This document shows, piece by piece, positions 52,216 through 61,648 of a stretch of DNA of 64,000 nt. The notes below the pieces were generated by a model. It made no database searches, was not told the origin of the DNA, and worked only from the letters and a program-made list of their open reading frames with translations. Positions within the stretch are counted from its first letter, which is position 1; every line of letters begins with the position of its first letter. The stretch lies in the NCBI GenBank assembly GCA_963695225.1, contig OY968762.1, positions 832,001 to 896,000 on the forward strand. The letters run 5' to 3'. This DNA comes from Vulcanimicrobiota bacterium. Its GTDB lineage: Bacteria; Vulcanimicrobiota; Vulcanimicrobiia; Vulcanimicrobiales; Vulcanimicrobiaceae. The translations under genes were made by a program, and so were the position numbers.

Positions 52216-53418
52216 ATGAACCCTAGCGACCTCGTCCTCGGCGTCGAGGCGTTCGTCGCGTTGATCGCGGCTGCGCTCCTGCTCTCTATGCTCGCCGAGC
52301 GCGCGGGCGTTCCGGCTGCCGTGTTGCTCGTCGGCGCCGGCATTATCGGCGGCAGCATCTGGCATATCCGGCCGCCGTTTGACTTCAGTGGTGCGATCCT
52401 CTTCATCTTCTTGCCTCCGTTGATCTTCGAGGCGGCCTGGAACGTGCATCTGGCCGAACTGCGCCACACCTGGAAGCAGACGACTCTGCTCGCGCTGCCC
52501 GGCACCGTTGTGGTCGCGTTTGCGATCGCCGGCGCAATCACGGCGCTCGGGGCTCTGCCGTTCGGCGCGGCGCTCCTTTTTGGCGCCATGGTTGCGGCGA
52601 CGGACCCGGTCGCGGTGATCGCAGTCTTTCGCAAGTTCCCGGTCCCCGATCGCGTGAAGACGATCGTCGAAGCGGAGTCCATCTCCAACGACGGTGTCGC
52701 CGTCGTGCTCTACGCGACCGCCTTGACGATCGCAACGGGTGGGAGCGTGAATTGGCTCACGTCCGCCGGGCACGGCGCGATCGAAGTGGCGGGTGGCGTC
52801 GCAATCGGCTGCAGTCTCGCCTATGCGGCATGGTGGCTCCTTCAAGCGACGTCGTCCTCGGAGTACGAAGTGACGACGACCGTTGCGCTCGCATACATCG
52901 CCTATCTAGCAGCCGCTCGCCTGGATCTTTCGGGGATTTTCGCCTGCGCTGCAGCGGGTGTCGTGTTGCGCGCGCTGCAGCGCCGAAGAGCTCACGCGAT
53001 CGAGAACCTGGACGACGCCGACCGATTCTGGAATACGACCGCGTATATCGCCAACGCGGTCGTGTTCATCTCGACCGGGCTCGTGATCGACTTCCCGCGC
53101 ATCACTCACGAGCCGGCGCTCATCGCCGTCGCAATCGCGGTCGTACTCGTCTCGCGCGCGGTGCTCGTCAGCCTCGTCCTGCGGGATGCCCGTTCCCGCG
53201 TGACCGCATTCCTCGCGGGGATGCGAGGCGCGCTGCCCCTCGCGCTAGCGCTTGCTCTTCCCGCCGAGCTCCCGCACCGCGCGGAGATCATCGACGCAGT
53301 TTTCGCGACCGTGTTCGTCACGCTGGTATTGCAGGGACTGCCGCTCGAGCCTGTCGTACGACGACTCTATCCGTCGGATCGAACGAAGGCCGTAGCGGCG
53401 GCTGCGAACACGCCGTAG
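52216..53418 (+). CDS. CPA1 Na+/H+ antiporter
   Basis: FLPPLIFEAA, ATDPVAV, ESISNDG, GMRGAL. Confidence 0.92.
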   Translation: MNPSDLVLGVEAFVALIAAALLLSMLAERAGVPAAVLLVGAGIIGGSIWHIRPPFDFSGAILFIFLPPLIFEAAWNVHLAELRHTWKQTTLLALPGTVVVAFAIAGAITALGALPFGAALLFGAMVAATDPVAVIAVFRKFPVPDRVKTIVEAESISNDGVAVVLYATALTIATGGSVNWLTSAGHGAIEVAGGVAIGCSLAYAAWWLLQATSSSEYEVTTTVALAYIAYLAAARLDLSGIFACAAAGVVLRALQRRRAHAIENLDDADRFWNTTAYIANAVVFISTGLVIDFPRITHEPALIAVAIAVVLVSRAVLVSLVLRDARSRVTAFLAGMRGALPLALALALPAELPHRAEIIDAVFATVFVTLVLQGLPLEPVVRRLYPSDRTKAVAAAANTP

Positions 53419-53529
53419 GTCCCGCTCGCTGCCGCCGCGATATCGTGCAATGCATGGAAGGCCCGACTCGGCAGCGTACGACGCCGGAGCCGCGCACCAA
53501 ACCGATCGCAATCAGAAAGGCGCCGGACC

Positions 53530-53901
53530 GTGATCAAACTGTTGAGTGGATTCAGCGAGAACGTCGTCGCAATCGCATGCGAGGGTCGCGTGACCCGCAA
53601 GGACTATGACGACGTGCTGGTGCCTGCAGTGATTGCGGCGCTGAAAGGGCACGAGAAAGTACGGCTGTACTACGAGACCACTCCGCAGTTCGCGGCCATC
53701 GAGGCGGGAGCGATGTGGGAAGATTTCCGCATCGGTATGGAGCATCTTACGCGCTGGGAGCGCATCGCCGTCGTCACCGACGTCGAGTGGATCAGATACG
53801 CCGTCTACGCTTTCGGCTTCTTGTTCCCCGGCATCGTGCGCGTCTTCAGCTACGGCGAAGCGAGCATCGCGCGCGCATGGATCGTCGCGGCAAAGGCGTA
53901 G
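53530..53901 (+). CDS. SpoIIAA-like (STAS/SEC14) domain protein
   Basis: GRVTRKDY, AMWED, WERIAVVTD, ARAWI. Confidence 0.85.
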   Translation: MIKLLSGFSENVVAIACEGRVTRKDYDDVLVPAVIAALKGHEKVRLYYETTPQFAAIEAGAMWEDFRIGMEHLTRWERIAVVTDVEWIRYAVYAFGFLFPGIVRVFSYGEASIARAWIVAAKA

Positions 53902-54204
53902 CTGCTCCGCCCGTTTACTTCGAGCGAGGTCGCCATACTAACGTTTGCCCTCGACGCCGCCTCTGAACGCCTCTCTGGTCTACGCCTGCAACCGCTGCCG
54001 CGGATTGCCGCGAAGTCCCGCCAAGCACCCGTTGGGCTCCGCCTCGGAGCTGTCCAACGAGGCCTTACGTGTTAGTAACGTAGGCGTACGCGATCTCTTG
54101 TTGTATGCCATGACGCAGGAGAGAAGCGGCATCGCTGCCGCTACCCTGCGAAAGGCGGGTTGACCCGCGACTTTTTGACGCTCTCCTACGAGAACGAGCC
54201 GTGC

Positions 54205-54720
54205 TTAGAAGAGGGCAGATACGGGAATCGCGACGCCGAGAACCTCGAAGCTTTCGCCTTCGTGATAGTCGCGGCGCTCGGGGCCATACGATTCGACTTT
54301 GCGCTCTGGAATGTTGACGATCCAGGCCGGGATTCCAGCTGCGATGTAGAGAGGAATCTTCACGTTGCGGTCGTCGAGGTAAGTGGTATCAGCAACTTCG
54401 ATCGCGGCGAGCGTGTCGATCGCTTCGGTTGTCGTTTCGTAGCGTTTGTTGCGAACGACGGCGACGTCGACTTCGGGGGCGTGGGGGCCCTTCCAGCCTG
54501 CGACGGCGATCGGGTCCTGGACCTGGATGGCGTAGATATTCCAGTCAAGGGCGCGAGCAAGATACTCGATCAGCACCCGAACCGCGTTGACGTGGGGCGG
54601 ATTGCGCGGGGACACTTCGTAGATGACTCCATCGACGAGTTCGGTTTGGCCCGGGACTCCCGAAGCCATGTATTCCTCAACACTGAAGCGGTGTGGCCGA
54701 GAAGCGGTAAGGGCGAGCAT
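54205..54720 (-). CDS. Uma2-family endonuclease, copy 2
   Basis: Same protein sequence as 26524-27039. Confidence 0.9.
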   Translation of the reverse strand: MLALTASRPHRFSVEEYMASGVPGQTELVDGVIYEVSPRNPPHVNAVRVLIEYLARALDWNIYAIQVQDPIAVAGWKGPHAPEVDVAVVRNKRYETTTEAIDTLAAIEVADTTYLDDRNVKIPLYIAAGIPAWIVNIPERKVESYGPERRDYHEGESFEVLGVAIPVSALF

Positions 54721-54835
54721 CTTGCCTCCTATTTTCGGTCCGACCAAACTCGCACCTTTGGTGGCTCCATCGTATAGACCGCTAGACCGCGGCCAGTCAG
54801 AAACGTCGAGAGCCCCGAATTCCCCGCGTGACGTC

Positions 54836-55010
54836 CACGACCTACGCGGGCCATCTTGCTCGGCGACGAGCACTTCAAGGCGCTCCAGCAGCGCCTCGGC
54901 CATTCGTCCTCGAGCACTAATGCCGACATCTGCCTCACGCTGCCGGTCGCCGCGCAAAAGCCGCTCGCGGACCGGCTCGACGCCTTCTTCGGCCGTCACG
55001 AGCCGGCCTC
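54836..55010 (+). pseudogene. Tyrosine integrase C-terminal relic, copy 2
   Basis: HDLR, frameshift, then LLGDEHFKALQQRLGHSSSSTNADICLTLPVAAQKPLADRLDAFFG; Cys (TGC) at the catalytic Tyr position. Confidence 0.75.
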
Positions 55011-55074
55011 GAATGAGGGTACGAATGAGCGAATGAGGGTATTTGCGTCCAAAAACGTTGCATGGGCCAAGCAG

Positions 55075-55110
55075 AAAAAAAACGCCCAATCCCTTATGGG
55101 ACGGGCGTTT
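55075..55110 (-). terminator. Rho-independent terminator after tRNA fragment 2
   Basis: Same hairpin as 27392-27428, followed by 8 T. Confidence 0.75.
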
Positions 55111-55118
55111 GCGAGATG

Positions 55119-55160
55119 TGCCGAGAGCCAGAATCGAACTGGCGACACCAGGTTTTTCAG
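55119..55160 (-). tRNA. tRNA-Phe(GAA) 3' half only (att core 2)
   Basis: Identical to 27437-27478; 5' half absent. Confidence 0.9.
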
Positions 55161-55561
55161 GCCTGCTTAACGACGCACGAATTGCTGTTTTCTTCGTGTT
55201 TTGACGCTCCCATTCGTCTCATAAGTGCCGAACTTCTCGCCCATTGAGGGTACGAATGAGGGTACGGAAGGACGCCTCTGGTTGGCCTCAATGCTCGCGA
55301 GTGATGGAGCGCCGGAGCGCCGGCGCCCCGTGAGCCTGGCGACGGGACTACCGGCGAGGTCCGCTCGAGCTTGGCCTCACCGCGTCCCGTTTCGAGTGAA
55401 CCGAGCGGCGTTTCCCGCCTCCGCCGCGCTCGACCCCGAGCGGGCCGACTCGTCTTGATGATCCTGGGCGCCGCCGGCAAAAAACTTCAGAGTGAGAGAG
55501 CGTAGGGCGACATTGGAAGGAATCGAGGTAACGAGCCTCGCGAGGCGAAGCCCGGGCTACC

Positions 55562-56218
55562 GTGGGCCGGGCCGCTGCTTCTCGTTTCCCGTTCCTGATC
55601 GCCGTTGCGCTTGTCGCAGCGGCTATAGCCGATCCTGTCGTTGAGTCGATCTCGAACACCGGGGTCCTCGGCGGCCACTATGCCGACGACAATCACACCG
55701 GAGTTCTTCCGACGTTGCTCGCCGGCGTGTTGCTAATTCTCGAGATCGCAGCAGTGCGCTGTTTCCAAGATCTGCGGGGTTCCGGAAGCCGCTCGCTCGA
55801 TCCGCTGGCCGACGTTGCGAGAGGGTTCTCGACGCGCTCGCCGACGCAAGACCTGCCGTGCGTGCTCGCGCTGCAGTTCGCCATCCTTTTCATGTTGGAG
55901 AGCACCGAGCAGCTCGTAGTCGGAGGAAAGCTCCTCGGCGGGATCGCATGGCTAGGCGGCCCGATCTGCTTCAGCCTCCTGACCCACGCGCTCATCGGCA
56001 GCGGATGCTTGCTACTGCTCCGCCGGCTCCTGCGAGCGATGTCGACCGCACTTCTCTCGCTGGTCCGAATCGCGATCGAATTCATCCTGATCGCGCGCGT
56101 GCTCGGGGAGCGCGGCGCCGTCCTTCGCCGGCGCGACGCGCCGGCCCCCCTGCGTGCGCAGGCGCCGCACGTTCGCCAAATCGGCGGCCGCGCGCCGCCG
56201 CTCCTTCAAACGGCTTGA
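55562..56218 (+). CDS. Multi-TM leader protein ending in RAPP (putative arrest peptide)
   Basis: About four hydrophobic segments, GHYADDNH loop, C-terminus QAPHVRQIGGRAPPLLQTA; directly upstream of a TonB-dependent receptor. Start uncertain. Confidence 0.75.
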   Translation: MGRAAASRFPFLIAVALVAAAIADPVVESISNTGVLGGHYADDNHTGVLPTLLAGVLLILEIAAVRCFQDLRGSGSRSLDPLADVARGFSTRSPTQDLPCVLALQFAILFMLESTEQLVVGGKLLGGIAWLGGPICFSLLTHALIGSGCLLLLRRLLRAMSTALLSLVRIAIEFILIARVLGERGAVLRRRDAPAPLRAQAPHVRQIGGRAPPLLQTA

Positions 56219-56267
56219 GCTCTTTTAGCTAACCGTTTTTCGAAGCGCAGCCGCGCTTCTGAAGGAG
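56201..56267 (+). promoter_or_regulatory. Putative SD-sequestering RNA structure
   Basis: CTCCTTCA (56201-56208) is perfectly complementary to TGAAGGAG (56260-56267); two hairpins lie between them. Confidence 0.65.
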
Positions 56268-56272
56268 TCATC

Positions 56273-59065
56273 GTGAAATCATTGCCACGCGCACCGGCGC
56301 TGCTTGCGCTCGCGCTCGTTCTCGTATTCCTTGTAGCCTTCATAGGACACACCGGGATAGCGGGCGCCGCGGAAGCGACGACCGGTTTGATCGCCGGCAC
56401 CGTCACTACGGCGAGCGGGCCGCCGATCCCGAATGCCAAGGTGTCGGCGGCTTCGCCCTCCGGCCGATATTCCGCCGTCACGGACGCTCACGGCCGCTTT
56501 GCGATCCTCGGCGTCGTGCCGGACACGTATCTCGTGACGGCCGAGGCGCAGGGCTTCGAACCTGCGACCCAAGGCGGGGTCACGGTGCTATCGGGGCAGG
56601 AACAACAGGCGTCGTTCCACCTCGAGAAGGGCCTCCGCACCATCGGCAGCGTCCGTGCGAAGAGCCAGGCCTTCGCGCTCGGCGCGCCGAGCGACACCTT
56701 TCACGTAGACGGCGATGCGGCACGCGCACGTTTCCCGACGACGTCCTCGGCCGGGCTTGCAAGCTACACGCAAGGCACCGTGCAAGGTGCGATCGCGAAC
56801 GTGCCGGGCGTTGATCTGGATCCGTTCGCTAACGCCATCTTGCGCGGCGGTCGCGTCAGCGACACGGTCTTCGATTACGATTCGGTCCCGATTCCGCAGG
56901 GCCTCATCGCAGAACCCGGCGGGAATATCGACGGCGCCCAACTCCCGACCACGGGCATCGCGTCGACGAGCGTCACGCTCGCCGGCTATTCGAACGAAAG
57001 CGACAACGCGCTGGGAGGCGTTGTGAATCAGATCCCCGCCGTCGGTTCGTACCCGGGGCGCTCCAGCTTCGAGATCGCGAACGGTGCCGGGACGAAGTAC
57101 CAAGCCTTCGACGTGCAGATCCTCAACGCGACGCCGGATCTCAAGTGGCGCTACGCGTTCGCGAGCAATTTCGGGAACGAGTATCTGCAGTACGGCGACG
57201 GGCGGACGTTCTATCCGGCGGAAGCGGCGACGTACGGGCTCTCGCTCCAGTCCCGGGGCCAATACTCGATCGCAACGAACGTGCACTACCAAGCGACGCC
57301 GAAAGACGACGTCTCGCTCCTGGCCTTGATCGGCCAGGCGGCGTACAATCAGTTCGGCTCGCCGTACGCAGGTCAAACGATCGGCCGGTTCGACGGCGCG
57401 ACGACGGTCTATCCGGGCGAGACCGATCCGAGCGCGCCGGTGAACTACGCGGCGGGAGTCCGCGGCAACTTCGACGTCATCAAGGCGCAGTGGCAGCATA
57501 CGGGGGCGCACGTCTTCTCGCGCCTGCAACTCTATCAATCGCGCACCGGATCCTCCTCCGGCGGACCGTTCTGGGACGAGAACGGCTTCCCCGACGGCTC
57601 GATCTCCCTCTTTCAGAATTCTTGGCAACAACAATACGGTCTCAATCTCGATAACGACGCCGTGTTCGGCCGCCACCGCGTGCGCTTCGGCGCCGAGTAT
57701 CGCACCAACACGTCGTACCTCGATCAAGTCGTTCCGACGGCCGATGAGGTCATCACGTCCCATCCGACGATCGGTTCGTATCTCGCCTATCTCGGCGATA
57801 CGTGGTCCCTCTCGGACCGGCTCGAGCTCATGGGGGCGGCGCGTGCCACGCACGCGAACTTCAAGCCCAGCGTCGGCGGCGCGTACGATCTCGGTGCGAT
57901 CGATCCCCATTTCGGCGCGTCCTACCGTTTGGGGACGAAGTACGCCTTGCGCTTCAACTTCGACCGCATCACGGTAGCGCCCGCTCCCCTGGAAGTCGAT
58001 CGCGTGGATTCAGCGAACGTCGACGCAAACGGAAATCCGGCGCCGTTCGTACCGCTCGGCGCGGAGACCGCGAACGATTTCACCTACTCGTTCGAGGGCG
58101 GCGGCCGCACGCAATTCCGCCTGACGTATTTTCAGAAGCTGGAAAGCAACCTGATCGACGTTCTGCCGTTCAACTTCCGCTCGGCGGTCTCGGCCGGCCT
58201 CAATCCGAGCGGCGTCGGGGTGCCGACGAACATCGGGAATCTGCGCGCAAGCGGCCTCGAGTTGTACGTGAAGAACGGCGGCTTCTCGCTCGGTGCCAAT
58301 CTCAATCGCGCGTTCTCGTCGAGTGCGTCGCAATACGCCTATAACGGCCTCAACGCACCGGCGGTCGCCGCGGGCCATCTCTTCCCGGCGAGTTACCTGC
58401 CGGATTTCGCGCTCGACCTCAAATACGAGTTCGTCACCGCATCGCGACGGCTGCGCATCACGCCGTCGCTCTCCTATTCGACCGGTTACCCGTACGGGAA
58501 CGGGAAGATGGCCTGGATCTTCGACCCGGTCACGGGCAAGCCGGTCCAGGTCCCAAACGACAATTACGTCAATCCGGGCGCCAACTATTACTTCCTCGCG
58601 GATCCGTCGCAGCCGTACAACGCGGCGACGAACCCCTATATCGGGAATCTTGGGACGAACGAAGGGAACGACCCGAATACGCTGCGCTCGACGCCGCAGA
58701 TCTCGGTGAACCTGCATATCGAAGGTGATATCACGCCGCGCCTCACCGCGATCCTCGAGGTCGCGAACGCCTTCGGGAATTTCTCGCCGACGGCGTACCA
58801 AAATAATCCGTATCTGATCGGGCCGCCCGGCTATAAGGGCGGCAACGCGACATACGCCGCCTGCTACGGCCAGATTCTCGCGGGTCAGGTCCCGTGCTTG
58901 CCCGGCCTCCCGGCAGGCACGACGCCTTACACGCTCGGCAACGGCGTGCCGACGAACGACGGCGTCACGCAATCCGTGCCGTGGTCGTACGGCACGTCCG
59001 CCTATATCCCGCAGAGCTATCCGCTCGGACGGACGCTGCAGTTTCGCTTGAGGTACCGCATCTGA
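56273..59065 (+). CDS. TonB-dependent receptor with carboxypeptidase-regulatory-like N-domain
   Basis: Signal peptide, TDAHGRF..PDTY domain, plug (VPGV..LRGG..GGVVN), C-terminal beta strand GRTLQFRLRYRI. Confidence 0.88.
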   Translation: MKSLPRAPALLALALVLVFLVAFIGHTGIAGAAEATTGLIAGTVTTASGPPIPNAKVSAASPSGRYSAVTDAHGRFAILGVVPDTYLVTAEAQGFEPATQGGVTVLSGQEQQASFHLEKGLRTIGSVRAKSQAFALGAPSDTFHVDGDAARARFPTTSSAGLASYTQGTVQGAIANVPGVDLDPFANAILRGGRVSDTVFDYDSVPIPQGLIAEPGGNIDGAQLPTTGIASTSVTLAGYSNESDNALGGVVNQIPAVGSYPGRSSFEIANGAGTKYQAFDVQILNATPDLKWRYAFASNFGNEYLQYGDGRTFYPAEAATYGLSLQSRGQYSIATNVHYQATPKDDVSLLALIGQAAYNQFGSPYAGQTIGRFDGATTVYPGETDPSAPVNYAAGVRGNFDVIKAQWQHTGAHVFSRLQLYQSRTGSSSGGPFWDENGFPDGSISLFQNSWQQQYGLNLDNDAVFGRHRVRFGAEYRTNTSYLDQVVPTADEVITSHPTIGSYLAYLGDTWSLSDRLELMGAARATHANFKPSVGGAYDLGAIDPHFGASYRLGTKYALRFNFDRITVAPAPLEVDRVDSANVDANGNPAPFVPLGAETANDFTYSFEGGGRTQFRLTYFQKLESNLIDVLPFNFRSAVSAGLNPSGVGVPTNIGNLRASGLELYVKNGGFSLGANLNRAFSSSASQYAYNGLNAPAVAAGHLFPASYLPDFALDLKYEFVTASRRLRITPSLSYSTGYPYGNGKMAWIFDPVTGKPVQVPNDNYVNPGANYYFLADPSQPYNAATNPYIGNLGTNEGNDPNTLRSTPQISVNLHIEGDITPRLTAILEVANAFGNFSPTAYQNNPYLIGPPGYKGGNATYAACYGQILAGQVPCLPGLPAGTTPYTLGNGVPTNDGVTQSVPWSYGTSAYIPQSYPLGRTLQFRLRYRI

Positions 59066-59335
59066 TGATGCGCGCGATTTCGGATCGGCGTTGAGATCGC
59101 TGTGAGCAGCGAGCGCCGTCACCGAAGTTCGGCGGCGGAGCAGCTCGCAAACAACTGGGGGCACGCCGTCCGCTTAGATGAGCGGGACGACGTGCCCCCA
59201 GTTCGAACGGCGAGACCCTCGCGATTTCCGCGAACGCCTCGGCGAGCATCTCCGGGAGGTCGCCGGCGGCGAGCCTCGAGGCGCCGCGTTGCCGCGCAAC
59301 ATCTAAGTGATTCACGAGGTCGCGGCGATTTAGAT

Positions 59336-61648
59336 TTAGAGCGGCGCTCCCAGGCGGAAGAGAATCTGCGCGCCGGGAGCCCATTGGGTCGTGTTGAAGC
59401 CGTTTTCGACCTTGACCAAGTAGCGGTAGTTCGTGAAGTTCAGCGCGCGCAGGCTGAAACCGAGCGATCGGCCGACCGGCGCGCGACCGATCGCAGCATC
59501 GAACGTCAAATGCGGCACCAGACGCCCCGCTCCGTTTTGAAACTGCACCGGATAGCCCGTCCCGTACTCGGCGCCGAGCGTCGCATACGTGCGCCGGGCG
59601 GGGCCGAAGCGTTTGGTGTATGCGGTGTTCACGGCCAGCGCTTGGTCGTGATCTTCGGGGTTGAGCGAATTGTCGGCGACGGCGTCGGGCGGGAAGAGGA
59701 ACGTCGCGCCGGAGATCCCTCCGGCGACCGACTGCGAGTAACTCGCCGAGAGATACCAGGAGTCCGCCGCGCCCCGCTGCTCGAGGCGGAGTTCGAGCCC
59801 GTGCGCCAAGCCGAGCGCGTTGTTGAAGACGGCGAAGATCGGCGTCGGGAAGATCTGGGTCGTATCCAGGACGTTCCAAGCGTTGCGCTCCCAGCCGTTC
59901 AGATAGCCGGAGAGCCCGCCCCCGAACGTGTGCGCGAGCCCGATTTCGTAATACGAATCGTGTTCGGGCCGCAGATCGTAGACCGGAAGCGCATCGGCGG
60001 TCGACCCGCCTCCCGCGATGACCGCGTCGCGGCGCGTATCCTCGAGCGCCGGAGCCGCGTAGATCCGGCCGTAATAGGCGTGCACGATCGTTTGCGGGCC
60101 GACTCGCAGGTTCACGCCGGCGCGCGGCTGCAACTCGCTCCCTGAGACGAAGCCGCTCGAGCGATCGTAGCGCAAGCCGAGCTGGAACGAGAGCACGCGG
60201 GAAGGCGTCCATTTGTCCTGCGCATAGACGGCGAACGCGCTGCCGCGCTGGGCCACGTTGTCGAGGAACGGCGCCTCCCCGGGGAGCAGGATCGTCTCCG
60301 CGCTCGTGAAGTTCTCGACCGACGTTTCAGCTCCGACCTTCAGCGCGTGCGCCCCGAACGATCGGAAATACGCGGCACGGATCCCTTCGGCGTTCGCAGC
60401 GCGGTCCTGCGAGAGTCCGGCTAGCGGGCACGGCGGTGCTGCGGGTGCGCAATCATCCGGATTGTAATCGAGCGCAAGAACGTCGTTCGGCAGGTCACCC
60501 GCATAGACGACGCGCGTGTACCGATACCAAGGGATCACTTGCAGGAAACCGTTGCCGTCGCGTGAGGTATGCGTGAAGTTGAGGTTCGCAAAACTGTTGT
60601 ACTCACGCTGCACGTCGGCTTGGCCGGGAACGTTGACGATCGGATCCTCGGCGCTCGCCGTCGTGTTGATCGGGATCTGGTAGGCGTTGAACTGATTCGA
60701 CCAGTCGAAGGCGAGCGTGTCGTGCGGGCCGAGCGGCGTGCTCGTGCGCAGGAAGATATCCGAGAGGCTCGCGTCGTCGTGCAACGCGCTCCGGGTCGGC
60801 GCGTCAAGGCCGCGCGACGTGCTTTCGCTATTGGCATTGAGATAGATCCGCGTCGAACCGGCCGCAAACGCTCCGGCGAAGCTCCCGGTCGCCGTGCCGT
60901 ACGAGCCGACGCCCGGCGAAACGATCGCTTGCGTCCCGCCCGGGGTTCCGGTGTCGCGGCTGGTGACGATGTTGATCACGGCGCCTTGACGTTGGCCGCC
61001 GAATTCGGCGGGAAAGGCGCCCGTGAAGATCTCGAGCGAATCGATGTTGCGCGGATCGATCAGTTCCGAGAAATTCGCGCTCGTGGTCTGCGGAACGGGC
61101 GCGCCGTCGACCTCGTACGTGACGCCGTGGAACCCATGCGCGACGGGTTCGTCGTACGAGAACCGCACGATGCCGGGGACCGTCTCGATCAATCGGTCCA
61201 GGCTCTGACTTTGCGGCAGGCCTTCGATCGTCGTCCGGCCGAGCGTGTTCTCAGAGACCGGTGCACCGCCGATACCGCGACTCGAGACCGTCGCGCGCCC
61301 GATCTCGGGGAGCGTTCCGATCGATAGCGTCAAGGCCGTCACGGAACCCGTCGACACGTCGATCGTCGCGGTCGCGTCGGGCCTTCCCGCTACATGAGCG
61401 GTGACGAGATAGTGCCCGAACGCCACGCGCGGGATCGAGAAGGTTCCCGCCGCGTCGCTCTGCGTCGTGAACGTGGACGCGTCGCCGGAGATCGTCACGA
61501 TCACCCCGGATCGGGCGATGCCGTCGACGGTCACGTGGCCACGAACCAGACCCGCGACATCCGCTCGCGCCGGAAGCGCAGCGAACAGGATCAGCACGAG
61601 CGCGCCGAGCGACGCGCCGGCCCAGAGAGCCCTCGTCGCGCCGCTCAT
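59336..61648 (-). CDS. TonB-dependent receptor
   Basis: ATG 61648 overlaps the cusF-like stop; VPGI, DG.P, TGAFPAEFG..GAVINI plug; LGLRYD, QPRAG barrel motifs. Confidence 0.9.
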   Translation of the reverse strand: MSGATRALWAGASLGALVLILFAALPARADVAGLVRGHVTVDGIARSGVIVTISGDASTFTTQSDAAGTFSIPRVAFGHYLVTAHVAGRPDATATIDVSTGSVTALTLSIGTLPEIGRATVSSRGIGGAPVSENTLGRTTIEGLPQSQSLDRLIETVPGIVRFSYDEPVAHGFHGVTYEVDGAPVPQTTSANFSELIDPRNIDSLEIFTGAFPAEFGGQRQGAVINIVTSRDTGTPGGTQAIVSPGVGSYGTATGSFAGAFAAGSTRIYLNANSESTSRGLDAPTRSALHDDASLSDIFLRTSTPLGPHDTLAFDWSNQFNAYQIPINTTASAEDPIVNVPGQADVQREYNSFANLNFTHTSRDGNGFLQVIPWYRYTRVVYAGDLPNDVLALDYNPDDCAPAAPPCPLAGLSQDRAANAEGIRAAYFRSFGAHALKVGAETSVENFTSAETILLPGEAPFLDNVAQRGSAFAVYAQDKWTPSRVLSFQLGLRYDRSSGFVSGSELQPRAGVNLRVGPQTIVHAYYGRIYAAPALEDTRRDAVIAGGGSTADALPVYDLRPEHDSYYEIGLAHTFGGGLSGYLNGWERNAWNVLDTTQIFPTPIFAVFNNALGLAHGLELRLEQRGAADSWYLSASYSQSVAGGISGATFLFPPDAVADNSLNPEDHDQALAVNTAYTKRFGPARRTYATLGAEYGTGYPVQFQNGAGRLVPHLTFDAAIGRAPVGRSLGFSLRALNFTNYRYLVKVENGFNTTQWAPGAQILFRLGAPL

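Larger units (their letters stand above)
55011..55265. promoter_or_regulatory. attP-like site 2 with arm-type repeats
   Basis: GAATGAG(GGTA) repeats at 55011-55042 and 55243-55265. Confidence 0.7.
54204..55405. repeat. Long direct repeat, copy 2 (Uma2 + int relic + att)
   Basis: Matches 26523-27783 at an offset of about 27681 bp. Confidence 0.97.

Noticed and set aside
54721..55089. N-terminally extended Uma2 from the ORF track
   Set aside because: Strong AGGAGG RBS at the shorter start; the extension differs between copies by a frameshift and overlaps the int relic on the other strand.
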